The notes below the pieces were generated by a model. It was given only the letters and a program-made list of their open reading frames with translations. It had not been told where the DNA came from and did not search any database. The translations under genes were made by a program, and so were the position numbers. This document shows, piece by piece, positions 13,331 to 25,350 of a stretch of DNA of 64,000 nt. The DNA comes from Lingula anatina (taxonomy: Eukaryota; Animalia; Brachiopoda): positions 20,774,848-20,838,847 of the forward strand of contig CM120643.1 in the NCBI GenBank assembly GCA_051362555.1, in the 5' to 3' direction. Each line of letters starts with the position of its first letter. The first letter of the stretch is position 1.

Positions 13331-13842
13331 CATACTGTGACAGATCTTACTTCGTTCTGTGAGACCGACTCTTTGATCGCTCCCATACCGTAAATTCACT
13401 CTTTGCTATGAGCAGAGCATCGGAATAATTTTCTACTTAGTATTGTCGTTAATAGTGAACCATCTTTGATGCCTTGTTCCTTGCAACCAAAGCCTAGGTC
13501 GATTGGTCCCATTTTGTTCAACACAAATTTTTCACTTAAGATGATTGCAGTGCACATGCACTGAAGTGAAAGCAAGGTGAGGGGCTAGTGTGACCACATG
13601 CACGCTGTTGCTGAGATGATATGATATGACATGCAGGTCACTTCCAGTTTCAGTTTCAGTTTTTTTTTTTTTTTTTTTTTTGCTTATGACCTTTTTTGCT
13701 TTTTAATAATAGCACTGACTCCCCCTATCTGTGTGCGCTCTGTGTTTAAATTCCCCACATGTACTTTTAGCATCTTGTTTACAGTTACTGTACACTGCAG
13801 TTGTCAAGAAAAAAAAACTTGACACAGACTGTGGAATATTTG

Positions 13843-13996
13843 CGGGTGTCTCAATAATCTGAAGGTTCATTGGTCCGAAGTTTCTTAGGTCAAAAAAATG
13901 ATATGCACCCATCTCTGATGAACTTTACTTTATCACCAGTACATTGTACACTTTATTCATTCGGACTATTGAACCTTTGGACTATTCTACAGCCCT
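13843..13996. mobile_element. MITE, degenerate copy of the 25351-25524 family
   Basis: Shares GAAGGTTCATTGGTCCGAAG and TTCGGACTATTGAACC subterminal repeats in inverted arrangement. Confidence 0.7.
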
Positions 13997-14171
13997 GAGT
14001 ATTTTACACTCCTGGCGAAAATTTCAATTTTTTAAAATTAAAACTATTTTACCATTTTAATAGAACAGGAACTGACTAACTGTTTAATCTTTCTTTTTTC
14101 ATTTTAGACACATTTCACAGAACATTATAAACTACTTTGGAAATGGTAATTCATTGACTCCCAGTGTCGGT

Positions 14172-17005
14172 ATGGAAGAAGCTTATCAAAATCCAGGGAA
14201 TCTGGTATCTTTGACCACAAGAGTGAAAGCGGAGCCTCCAGAACTTGACCATATTGCACAACTGGACACTTCAAACAGCAGTGCATCTGGAGAAACTGTG
14301 ATAGCAAATGGGGGAGGATCTTTGGCAGATGTAGAATTGAGTTTGCAATCAACAGTTACTAACACTGAAAGAATTCAAGAAAAGTCTCTTTCTTGGAAAA
14401 AACCACACAAGTGTCGGCATTGCCATAGCACATTTTTTTACAAAAGCAACTTTGTGCAGCATGAGAGATCTTGTTTTTGGCTGAAAAAGAGTCCCACTGA
14501 AGTTGAGAAACCATACAAATGTCAGTACTGCGACAAGTCATTTGTGCAGAAGCAGGCCTATGTGGGTCATGAGCGTCTTCACACGGGCGAGAAACCTTTC
14601 AAGTGCCAGACATGTGATAAAGCATTCACCCTCAAAAGTACTTGTTTAAAGCACGAAAAAAACCACACCAGTGAAAAACCATTTAAATGCCGGTACTGTA
14701 ATAAGTCATTTTTAGAAAAGAGCTATTACCTAAGACATGAACTGACTCATTCAGGGGAGAAACCATACAAATGTAACTATTGTGATAGGGCATTTACCCT
14801 GAAAAGCAATGTTGTTCAGCATGAAAAAATTCACACTGGGGAGAAGCCATTTAAATGTCAATACTGTGACAAGTCATTTACTGTGAAGTATACTCGTTTA
14901 GTCCATGAAAGAACTCACACGGGAGAGAAACCATACAAATGCCAGTACTGCAACAAAACATTTCCTCAGAAAGTTGCCTGTATGTACCATGAAAGAACTC
15001 ATACTGGGGAGAAGCCATACAAATGTCAATACTGCGAGAAAAAATTTTCCTGGAAAGACAATTGTACAAGACATGAAATGCTTCATACTCAAAGGTAATA
15101 GATGGAAAGTTCCTTAACAAAAGTATTTGAAAAAAGTTGGTGTTAGTATGTAAATTTCATTACTTTTACCTATAGAAATTAATTATAAATCTATCAGAGG
15201 TTTATTAAACCCATAAGTAGATAGTGTCATGCTACCATTTGAACAGTGTTTAGAAATCTGTTGTTCAATCATTTTTACTCTAGAAATTGATTCTTTTCAG
15301 TCCGGTTTATGAGAACATACTGGGAATCTCCAGACATGACAATAATCTGTCAACCTATCTACCAGTTCAGCCAGTTGAAGATAAATCAAGAAATTTACAA
15401 ACTGTAACAACCAACAGGAAAGCTGGACCAGTGGAACATTTTAATCATGCCACAACACTGAGTATTTCAAAAGAAAGTATTTCTAAAGATTTGCTGCTTG
15501 AAAATGAAGGTGAAATTTTCAAGGTTGGCCATATGAATTGTGAGGCTCTTTCTGATCAAAGCAGAGAGCCACTACAAAATAACTTTGCAATGGCCCAAAC
15601 TACGACCACCATTGCCAATGGTAATCCAGTGCAACATAATTTGGAAAATGTTGACACCTTGGGCAACAGTGTGAAAGTTGAGCCTGTTGATCATTTTGAA
15701 CATACTGAAAATTTGAGACTGCCAAAAGAATATGCCTGTGAAGAAGCTATTTTAGAAAATGGAGCTGGAACTCTGGCTGATATTTGCTTGAGTTACCAGA
15801 TGCCTTCCTACCAAATCTGTGGAGGAAATAACACCCAACAGGACATGGTGAAATGTCAGAACTGTGGTCAGATATATCTCCATGATGGCAGTGATGTATC
15901 TGGTGCAGGGACACATACTGGAGAGAAATCATATAAATGCCAATATTGTAAAGTGAAACTGGCTTTCCTAGACAAAGATACAAAGGCACTGTCAGAAGAA
16001 ATAGATAGTGGAGCAGATGAAGCTACTTTCGACAATTCAAGGACAAACACACAACTACACCGTGACAAAAACATTTCTTCAAGTATTATTTGTTCATCTC
16101 ACAAATCACCTGACACTGACAGAAAGTCACACAAATGCAGGTTCTGTGACAAAAGTTTTACTCTGAAAAGTAACTGCGTAAAACATGAAAGAATACACAC
16201 AGGTGAAAAAAGATTCAAGTGCCGATATTGTGAGAAGCCGTTTGTTGAAAAACGCTCTTGTGTCACTCATGAAATGACTCACACTGGTGAGAAACCATAC
16301 AAATGTCAGTTCTGTGACAAAGCCTTTACCCTCAAAAGCAACTGTGTCCAGCATGAAAAGACACACACTGGAGAGAAACCATTCAAGTGCCAGTACTGTG
16401 AAAAGACATACACAGCCAAATATTCTTGCTCAATCCATGAAAGAACTCATACAGGAACAAGACCATTTAAATGCCAATACTGTGAAAAGTCATTTTCTCA
16501 GAAGGCTATCTGTGTAAAGCATGAAAAGATTCACACTGGAGAAAAACCATACAAGTGCCGGTTCTGTGAGAAACGGTTTGCATTGAAGAACCTATGTACA
16601 CGTCATGAAATAATTCATACTGAAAGGGAAACTTACAAATGCCAATTTTGTGACAAAACATTTTTGGAAAAAAGTTATTGTATACGTCATGAAGACATTG
16701 TTCATAAAGGTTCTTACACAGAAGAGAGACCATACAAATGTCAGTTCTGTGATCTTGCTTTTGTTCGCAAAAATAACTGCATGGTTCATGAAAGGATTCA
16801 CACTGGTGAAAAGCCATTCAAGTGCCAGTATTGTGACAAAGCTTTTGCCATAAAGGGAACTTGTGTAGACCATGAAAGAACTCACACTGGTGAAAAACCA
16901 TTCAAATGCCAGCACTGTGGAAAAGCATTCGCTGTCAAACAAAAGTGCAAGAAGCATGAAAGAAGTTGTCGTCATTGTGCTCACCCCCAAATTTTATCAA
17001 TTTAG
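14172..17005 (+). CDS. C2H2 zinc-finger gene, unit D. Exons 14172-15094 (8 fingers) and 15301-17005 (10 fingers)
   Basis: ORFs 14154..15098 and 15287..17005. Donor AAG|GTAATA at 15094/15095 and acceptor TTTTCAG at 15300 join in phase 2 (S-PVYEN). First in-frame ATG at 14172, after an acceptor at 14107. Confidence 0.85.
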
Positions 17006-17943
17006 TCTTCATTTCCATCCCCAGTGCAATAAGAAATATTTATCACAAAAGTGAAGTGAAATAACATGAATGCTTTCATGAATGCTTCAACTTCTGGTGT
17101 CATCTGCTTTATGCTTTTTTTGCTGAAAGTGCAATCTTATTATATTTTATTCATTTCCAGTACTGATAATTTTGATAAAGATTTTTAATAAGAAAATGGT
17201 TAAGTATCTTTCTTATTATTATGGCATTTGATAAGTAAATTAAGTAAATTAATTTTTTTCTGTTATGACAGAATGCTGTTCAGAAACTGTTTTGAACACA
17301 AGTAAATATTGCAGATTGATTAAGACATTTAATACATTTTAGACATTGTTCCAAAGGTATGTATTGCAATGTGGGAGAGAGAACTCATCATGCCACACTA
17401 ATAAGGTACAGTTGGCCAATAAAGCAGTTGATTAAAATTGAATTTTAACTGTCTTTTGTTTTGTACACCTGCTCTATGTTATATGAAGACTGACTTCTAC
17501 TGAATCACTGGCAAAACATAACCTTCCAGATGTTCACTTGCTCTTTTGTGACATCTAAAAATAGCCCCTTATGAATAGCTTTTTTCTTCAGACTGAAGTT
17601 AACTGAGGAATCTCCTGTAGTAGCTCCCCCCAGAGCAGGTACAATGCCATCTGCACTCCTGCAGATTTAATTGCTTCCATCTGGCCAAAGTCAAAGGGTG
17701 GCTTTTTGAAAATTTGCCTATAATGTCTACCGCCCTGGTAGAGGATACTCAGCATGTACTAAGAAAAATGTTTTCACCAAATGTACAACCATCATGAAAG
17801 GTCAACTTGATTCTTGTTGGGTAGAAACATTTGTTGTTCACAATATTACGTAGTTTCAATTGTAACATACATATCACACCACAGATTGCAACTCAGTACA
17901 ATTGTCCATTGTCCTTGGACAAATGACTATCAGCGCCTGTCCA

Positions 17944-18160
17944 ACACCCCATTTCCATAGATTAGAACGACCTACTTTGGATCGACCTAACTCCCTGGGG
18001 GTTCGCGCTGAATAGCTGTCAGCCAGGCGGACACGAAAGTTAATTGCCCCTTACGGCTTGTAGTGGGCGGGGACGGACACTTAAGGGGGATTATCTGACG
18101 GTAGTCTGGTGAGACTCCCCGCGGTGATAGATCGATCTAAAGTTGTGGGAATAGACCCAA
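17944..18160. mobile_element. Hairpin MITE (GATCGATCTA family), interior inverted relative to the 1681 copy
   Basis: The reverse complement of its interior aligns along the interior of 1681-1909. Confidence 0.75.
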
Positions 18161-19100
18161 AGATAAATAGCTGATTGTCCTAGGACAGTTGTATATCCAT
18201 CAATTTGGATTCCTTAGCTAGTAAAAATGCAAAAATGGATGATGATTTTCATAATGCCATCTTCTATTTACATTTTTTTATTTCAGAAATCAAGGTCTTT
18301 CACTGGTTTAAATTAAAAATGCTCAGCTAGTCAAAAGTAAGATTTTTGTAAAGTATATATATCTTATCAGGGGAGTAAATCAAAGAAAAAGCTGAATTAT
18401 GTTTGAAATTCCCTTAAAAACTTGCCAAAACTACTAAATTTGTAAAACGCTAAGGATTTATAATTTTCACCACATTTATTAAATATTTCATGATCTAATT
18501 TAACACCAAGGTTAAAAACATCTTATTTTACATCAAAATAAGTGACACAGCATACCTAAATAATCATTGGCTTACTTATAAATGCCAATTGACTGAACTG
18601 CCAAGTTTCTTTCTCAGATGATATAAGTGCAGCAATAAAGGTAGTATCCTTCAAACAGCTATTGGCATATTATCTGTACGCATGATATTAGCTATAAGTG
18701 TTTAACCATTAAATTATTTTTTTTCTTTTTATTCATAACCACTGAAATATTTAGTATCACATGCCAACATCTAATACAACAGTTGTTACTAGGAACCATT
18801 GAAGACATTATTAAGAGGGCTAATTTTATTAAATGTGATGGGAGTATGGTCTTTCAATGGAACACACATATGAAAGATAGTGGAATAAGCTTGTATCTGT
18901 GTAAATTATGGCTGTATGAAGTAAAAAAAAAAAAAATGGGATTGGACATTGATTAATCAAATATGTTTATGGCTGTGTTCAGAAGAGAAGTTATAGTACT
19001 GTAACAGCAATATTGATCTCCGTGGAAATTCTCGCTAAGGCCCAGTCATTGTAATCGGCTTAATTGTCTGGCATGCCTACTCATAACTTGGGTAACTTTA

Positions 19101-19330
19101 GACTGGGTTCCCATCCCTAGATCGATCTAATAAGATCGGTTCATCTCCACTGGGTTTCTCACTAAATTGCTTTCTTCTTAAGCTGGCTTTGATGTCTGGC
19201 ACGCCTGCTAAAGCTGCTAAATGATAGTTTATTACCTTCTATCAGCTTCAGTAGGTGTGACAGACATCTAAACTGTTAAAGTTAATTGCAATTAAGCGAG
19301 AATCCCCTTGGAGATAGTTCGATCCAAAGT
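19101..19330. mobile_element. Hairpin MITE, GACTGGGTTCCCAT subfamily (PIF/Harbinger-like). Other copies 22356-22415 (truncated), 24608-24757 (truncated), 45482-45694; distant relative 47501-47724
   Basis: Shared terminus GACTGGGTTCCCAT..CTAGATCGATCTAA, preceded by TTA or TAA in each copy (TWA is the PIF/Harbinger target). Long internal inverted repeat. Confidence 0.7.
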
Positions 19331-19815
19331 TAGTACTTAGCCTTAGTAAAAATCTGCCACCTTCAGTACAATAATTTCTATTCTGAACATAGCCTATCAC
19401 AATTTAGATTTTGAATTAAGATGTAAGAGAAAAATACCTCTACCCTGAAATTCAGTCCAATGTGTAGTACTTACAAGATACTAGCAATAAGTGCCTTCTG
19501 ATTTCATCCAATAATTCTTGCTGTCACCAACAGTTAACTTATCAAACCCAACTGCAAGGCACTGGCAGTCTGTTTAAGTTATAGCAAACAGTGACACAAT
19601 GCACCAATATAACTACTGGCTTAGTTATGTCTTAATTGACTGCCTACAGCACAAGTGTGTTCTCAGATAGTACCAGTGCAACAATTTGTCCTTCAAATTC
19701 CTGCTTTTGGTAACAGCCTAATGTTATCAAATTTTAAATACAGCGTGTATGTGTATGGTTTTTAATATTTATGTAACACAAATACAAAAGACAGTGGAAT
19801 AAACCATGAAAAAAT

Positions 19816-20430
19816 GGGGCCGCATTCAGGACAGTGGATTGACTAGTCTGAGGGTCAAATATGGCTGACCCACTTGAATTCTTCCCCACGGGGAATCTAT
19901 TCAGTGTCTATTAGTGGATTAGATGGCAAGCACATCTGCGCTGGGCAGGCCATGTTGTTCTTATGCCAGACTATCGGCTTCCCAAGATACTGCTGTACGG
20001 CGAACTGCAACAGGGAAAGCACTCCCTAGGTGGTCAAAAGAAGCGCTTCAAAGACACCCTGAAAGCTTCGCTAAAAGCCTTCAATATCAGCCATGACACC
20101 TGGGAGATGTCTGCAATGAACAGACTAAAGTGGCGTTCAGATGTTCATTATGGTGCCAAAGCCTATGAAACCAACCAAATTATAAAGGCAGAAAAACAAA
20201 GACAGGCCAGAAAAAGCAGTACTAGTAAGCCCTTGACAGCAGCCGCCATTCTCTACCCTCACTGCAGTAAATCCTTTCGAGTGCAGATTGGCCTGCACAC
20301 ACACAGAACACAATTCACTACATGGTTCTTGTTGATTCAGATGGACCAACCACACACAGATGGCAAGCTTTTTAGTGGGCAGCCATATTTGACCCTCGGA
20401 CTACTTAGTCTACTGTTCTGAATGCGGCCT
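19816..20430. mobile_element. MITE with TIR GGCCGCATTCAG(A/G)ACAG, interrupted by an RTE LINE fragment
   Basis: TIRs of about 55 bp (..GAGGGTCAAATATGGCTG.CCCAC / GTGGGCAGCCATATTTGACCCTC..). Uninterrupted copy at 35928-36114; relative at 46831-47022. Confidence 0.8.
19932..20357 (+). mobile_element. 5'-truncated RTE-clade LINE
   Basis: Translates to HLRWAGHVVLMPDYRLPKILLYGELQQGKHSLGGQKKRFKDTLKASLK, typical of the RTE ORF C-terminus. Ends in a (CA)n tail. 11-bp TSD AGATGGCAAGC at 19921-19931 and 20358-20368. Confidence 0.88.
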
Positions 20431-20949
20431 GGGATAATAGCGTGGGTTATACCTGTTGTGCCCTCCCTTGTAACTGCCACAAAAGATGATTTATTTAGAT
20501 ATAAGACATGTATAATTTGGGTTTCTTACTGAAGTAAGAAAGTGTCCTCTTCTGCTAATATAAGCTAAATGATACTTTTAAGTCAGAAAGGCCTATAGAT
20601 CTACTAATTTCATCTACTGACAGTTCTTGGACCTCTTCTAATTGTTACATTTATATAATACCATGAAACTACAACATTTAGTAAACAATAATAAGTACAA
20701 AATTTGTCATAGATTACTGCTCTTTGCCACTGATTAATTCAGAATTATTTGGCCACTTCCCTGAAATTATCAATAATGATAATTAACAAATAAAAAGACT
20801 ATCCCGCAGTTTCACAGTACATTTTATTCAGCTGTCTGTTTTTCATAATAAGCTTGCATCATTTTTGCATTAAAACCAAAAACAGCTCCTGGAAAGAATG
20901 AAAGTATCCAAACCCTTTCTTTCACCCTGGGTTTCTGAGGTTTGAACCC

Positions 20950-21602
20950 CAACTGTCCAGTGTCAGCATAAACGTTTCTCTCATTTGATATTTCCATTGC
21001 CTAGCCAAGGTCAAAATTGTCCATTCACTCTACTTTCAGTTTTACATCACTGTCCAACATTTCAGCATCCTCCATGTTATGTTCCACAATTTCTGAAATC
21101 TAACTGGAAGTCATCTTGCAATTCATCACGATATCTGACACACACCCAGGAATATCTCTTGCCAAAGTATCTTGGTGGGTGGATTTATCCGATTTTAATA
21201 TTCCAGAGCATGGGAGATGAAGTCAACTGGTTCCACCTTAACACTATTAATCTTAGTTTTATCATTACCCAAGTTTTGTTCCAGTCATTCAAGGTCATTT
21301 ATCTTGTCTAAACATTCCCAAAAGCCTCATCTTTGGGTTCTACTTTCACAGTGACAGTCATACCATTCCCATGATCTTCCTCAACACTCTGTTCCAAGGT
21401 GTTGTTCACTTGATTGAACTGTGCCTGGTGGTTCAACTGAATGTCTACAAAGCTTCCAGCTCCATTCTCTAAAATGGGATTATTTGTGCCACTTATATCA
21501 GGTTTTTCCAGTTTGTTGATCTGGTTGGAAAATCCCTCTTCCAAATGTCTTGCCACATCACTGCTTTCGTTGGAGTTATCTGAGGTGTTTGGTAAAATTG
21601 GA
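20950..21602 (-). pseudogene. Disrupted terminal exon of ZF unit E
   Basis: Acceptor at 21603, in frame S-PILPNTSDNSNESS as in unit C. Premature TAG at 21308-21310, then a frameshifted match (DKTKINSVKVEPVDF). No fingers follow. Confidence 0.75.
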
Positions 21603-22603
21603 CTGAAAAAGAAAAATGATTATCAGGGCATTAGGTTATAACAGAGCTCCAGAAAATAGGAAAATATGAAAAATTAAAATAGAAAAAACATAGGAATTTT
21701 CTTGCAAAAGTATAGTAAAAATAGGAATTTTTCTAAAAGAAATACTGTCTCCCAACACCCATATTATGCCATACTGGTCTAACACACGTCTGTGCTTGCA
21801 AAACAGTCTTACAACAATCCATCACCTAACAAGCTTTCAAACAACATGAAATTATTGAAATACTAATTTAATTTCTATACAATACTGTTACTAGTACTAT
21901 AACATATCTGTTTTAAAAGCACATTCATTTGATATGTGCTTATTAAGTTAAAAACATGTACCAAATACACTATCAAAAACATATTCTAACATTATTCGAC
22001 CTTTTTTTTAATGAACAATCAACTTTTTTGTCCCTACTGCTGACCGTTTTGCCGGTGGATAACTTTTTTTGGACTCATAAACAATAACTGTCATTTGCAA
22101 TTTTGAACTGAGAGTTTGCAACTGTGAATGCTGAATTAACAACCTTAACCACAATTTCATTGAGTGAAAGTAAAAAATTGGGGGATGATTTGGCAAGCAT
22201 TCACCAGGCCCTATTTTATTTACAGAACATACCAAATGGGATTTTGAGCGGACTTGTTTATCACATGTTTGTGTTTGCAACAAATGTCTATATAACTGCA
22301 CCATAAAATAATAGTTTAAGCTGTTCCTTTGTAGTTGATAAATTTTGGTGCTTTAGACTGGGTTCCCATACCTAGATCAATCTAACAGGATCGAACTATC
22401 TCCAGAGAATTTCACAACACCTTTGAGTTAAACATTTGGAACATTTTATGGTTTTAATAATTCCTCAAGTATGCTGCCATACTCAAAAATAGGCCTCATG
22501 AACAATAATTGGTATAAAAAGCCTCAGATTTGGGAGAACAAATACTCAAATTAGGGACTTAAGCAACAATTTTAGTGTACGAATGTAAAATAAGCAGTAG
22601 GAC

Positions 22604-23578
22604 CTACCTTTTGGGGTTACATGAATATTGATGAAGAATGCAGTCCTCCTTTTTGAAAAATATTTTCTCACAATACACACATTGGTAAAATTCTTTTTCT
22701 GTGTCTGTGTGAAGCGCTTCATGCCTGGTGCAGTTTGCTTGCTTTGCAAATTCATTCTTACAGTATCGGCATTTGTATAGTTTCTCTCCAGTGTGGATTA
22801 ACTCATGCACCTTATGAGCATATTTCTGGTTGAATGTCTTGTCACAATACTGGCATTTGTATGGTTTCTCTCCAGTGTGGAGTCGATGGTGTATTGAAAG
22901 AGAGTATTTGGCAGTAAATGACTTGCCACAGTACTGGCATTTAAATGCTTTCTCTCCAGTGTGAATTTTTTCATGCTGAACAACGTTGCTTTTGAGGGCA
23001 AATCCTGCATCACAGTAACGACATTTGTATGGTTTCTCTCCAGTGTGAGTCAATTCATGTCTTTCATGATGACTTTTTCCTCCAAATGATTTTTCACAGT
23101 ACTGGCATTTGAATGGTTTATCAGGAGCGTGATTTTTTTCATGCTGTAACCATGTGCTTCTGCGAGTGTATGCCTTATCACAGTACTTGCACTTGTATGG
23201 TTTCTCGCCAGTGTGAAGTCTTTCATGACCAACACAAGAGAATTTTTTTGAAAATGACCTATCACAATACTGACATTTATACACCTTCGGCCCTTCCTGT
23301 GTTCTTGTGAGAATGCAGGACCGTTCATGTTGCAGACGGTTCCTTCTGTAGGTAAACGTTCTATCACAGTACTGACATTTGTGCTGTTTTTCCTGAACAT
23401 ATGCTCCTTCAGTATTATCCAAAGGCATCGACATGCCCAACTGTACGTCTTCCAAGTTCCCAGCTCCGTTGGCCAGAGTTTCTCCCACAGACTGACTTTC
23501 ATTTGGTTCTTCCATTTTAAGGGTATTGTTGATATACTCAACTGATGGTTCAACTTTCACAATGTTAGGTGAAGACAT
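22604..23578 (-). CDS. C2H2 zinc-finger gene, unit E, main exon (9 fingers)
   Basis: 324-aa ORF, close paralogue of 11707..12618. Ends at donor AAG|GTAGGT (22608/22607). Upstream acceptor at 23698; first-exon donor CAG|GTGAGG at 23828. Confidence 0.82.
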   Translation of the reverse strand: MSSPNIVKVEPSVEYINNTLKMEEPNESQSVGETLANGAGNLEDVQLGMSMPLDNTEGAYVQEKQHKCQYCDRTFTYRRNRLQHERSCILTRTQEGPKVYKCQYCDRSFSKKFSCVGHERLHTGEKPYKCKYCDKAYTRRSTWLQHEKNHAPDKPFKCQYCEKSFGGKSHHERHELTHTGEKPYKCRYCDAGFALKSNVVQHEKIHTGEKAFKCQYCGKSFTAKYSLSIHHRLHTGEKPYKCQYCDKTFNQKYAHKVHELIHTGEKLYKCRYCKNEFAKQANCTRHEALHTDTEKEFYQCVYCEKIFFKKEDCILHQYSCNPKR

Positions 23579-24064
23579 TTTAAGTTTTTTTTAAATTTTT
23601 TTATTTATTTATTTTTTTTAGATCACTCTAGCAGAAGGTCAGTGCTTACAGTGTCAAATCATTTTCAAATGGTACCATGATGATCTATGAAGCCATTCTG
23701 TAAAGATTGAAAAAAAAAAAAACATTAAATAACTTTAGTTTATTAGATTGAAAAAGTCAAAAACATTAATTAACAACAATTTCCATTACTATTAATCCAT
23801 TAAAGACAACCGTACTGGTACCCTCACCTGCTACAGTGCTAGCGTCACTTTTTTCTTTTAATGATGAAAACTAATTAATGCAAAATGAAGACGAGATCGA
23901 GACGCTATGAAGGACCAAATTGAAAATATCAGGACAATAGCTTTCGACCGGCTTATTACAGAAACTAAATCAAGCCATCATGATTACCCTGAACAAGTCT
24001 CGATCTTTGTTCTCCACCAAAGTCTATTATAATGTACAGGAAATGACGAGATTACCTATCAAGA

Positions 24065-24102
24065 GGGCGCAGACATCTTGGTTACAATCTTAATCAAGAT
24101 TG
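24065..24102 (-). promoter_or_regulatory. Shared promoter/first-exon motif of unit E
   Basis: 23800-24170 is homologous to 12840-13220. Confidence 0.6.
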
Positions 24103-24950
24103 TATGTAGCGGAAATAAAATGCAATAATAAAAATAACTCATTATGTTTCGGTGAACTAGCAAGTAGAACAACTTACGATTTTTGAGTGCTGTTTCAAAA
24201 AGCTATCGTTAACCTATTGCTAAGTTCTCTTGTTAAGTTCGTTAACATATTCTCTCGCTACTCACCGTACTCTCGAAACAGCATACCGGAAATGGAACTC
24301 TTGCGTAAAAAGTGTCATGAATGTAGTCATTCTCAAAAGTTTGGCGGCTGCTTTGAGGCCGTCGGGCTTCACCACCCTTTCCACCGCTCTTCTTGTCCCA
24401 GTTAGGCGGATTCTTTCGTAAATTTCATCATCGTTCATGTATTCTAATGCTTGGACACTGGCTAAAAGTTAATTGAACAGCCTGATCATTATGTAAACTT
24501 CCTACCTTTGAAGCGTTTTCATGTCAGGGACAAACCACATACATATTTCCGGTGATTGGATTTCTAATGTTGTTTGCGCGAAGAACATGATTAAATACTC
24601 TATCTAAGACTGGTCTCCCATACCTACAGTAGATCGATCAAATTACAGGGATCGACCAATCTCCATGGGGATTCTCGCTAAATTGCTTTCAGCTTAAGCG
24701 GCTTACTGTAGATGTCTGTCACGACTACTGAAGTTGCTAGGGGGTAATTAATTATCGATCAGCAGTTCAATCCACACTTAGTATGTTGGGTTGTGGAAAT
24801 GGTACAATTAACCTTCAGCCAGTGCCCAAGTAGAACTGAAAGTTTATTTATGAAACGTGCAATTTACGCAGAATATGATTCATTAACTCGATGCGAGTGG
24901 CTTCGATTCCATAAAATGGGTGCTCAAAAAGACAGGTACCCTGGGTATCT

Positions 24951-25056
24951 GTATCTACTTTGGCAATTTGGTCAAAAAGGTTGTCAGCTGGCTCAACTTT
25001 CACATTTACAGTCAAAGTTTTATTGTTTCTCATGTCCTGTTCACCTGACTGCATTT
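24951..25056 (-). pseudogene. Isolated duplicated fragment of the unit F N-terminus
   Basis: MQSGEQDMRNNKTLTVNVKVEPADNLFDQIAKVDT versus MQSGEQDIRINKTLTVNMKVEPADNHFDQIAKVDT at 27783-27888. Confidence 0.8.
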
Positions 25057-25350
25057 GTGTGGGATGTAAACATGCAAGTACACTAATAATAATGTTTTTT
25101 TAGTACGGGTATGTACGTTATACTAATATGTGATATGTATAAAAAAAAGTATTACTTGTACACTTACCCTTGATACAATTGTTTTAGTGTTATTTATTAT
25201 TTTTTCTCTCCAGTGCATTGTTACATGTGTATTCGCGTCCTATAGATATGATTTTACCTTATGTGTGAAGGTTGTGATCAATAAACTCATTCCATTCTTT
25301 GGGGGAGAACACAGAAACGACATTTCCTGCCTGTGAGCCACTGCCTGTAG

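Noticed and set aside
19963-20421. 152-aa ORF as a host gene
   Set aside because: It is a truncated RTE LINE reading into MITE sequence.
1998-22607. Most upstream ZF ORFs ending in R-stop, read as a special termination signal
   Set aside because: This follows automatically from a phase-2 AG|GTAA/GTAG donor; these are splice sites.
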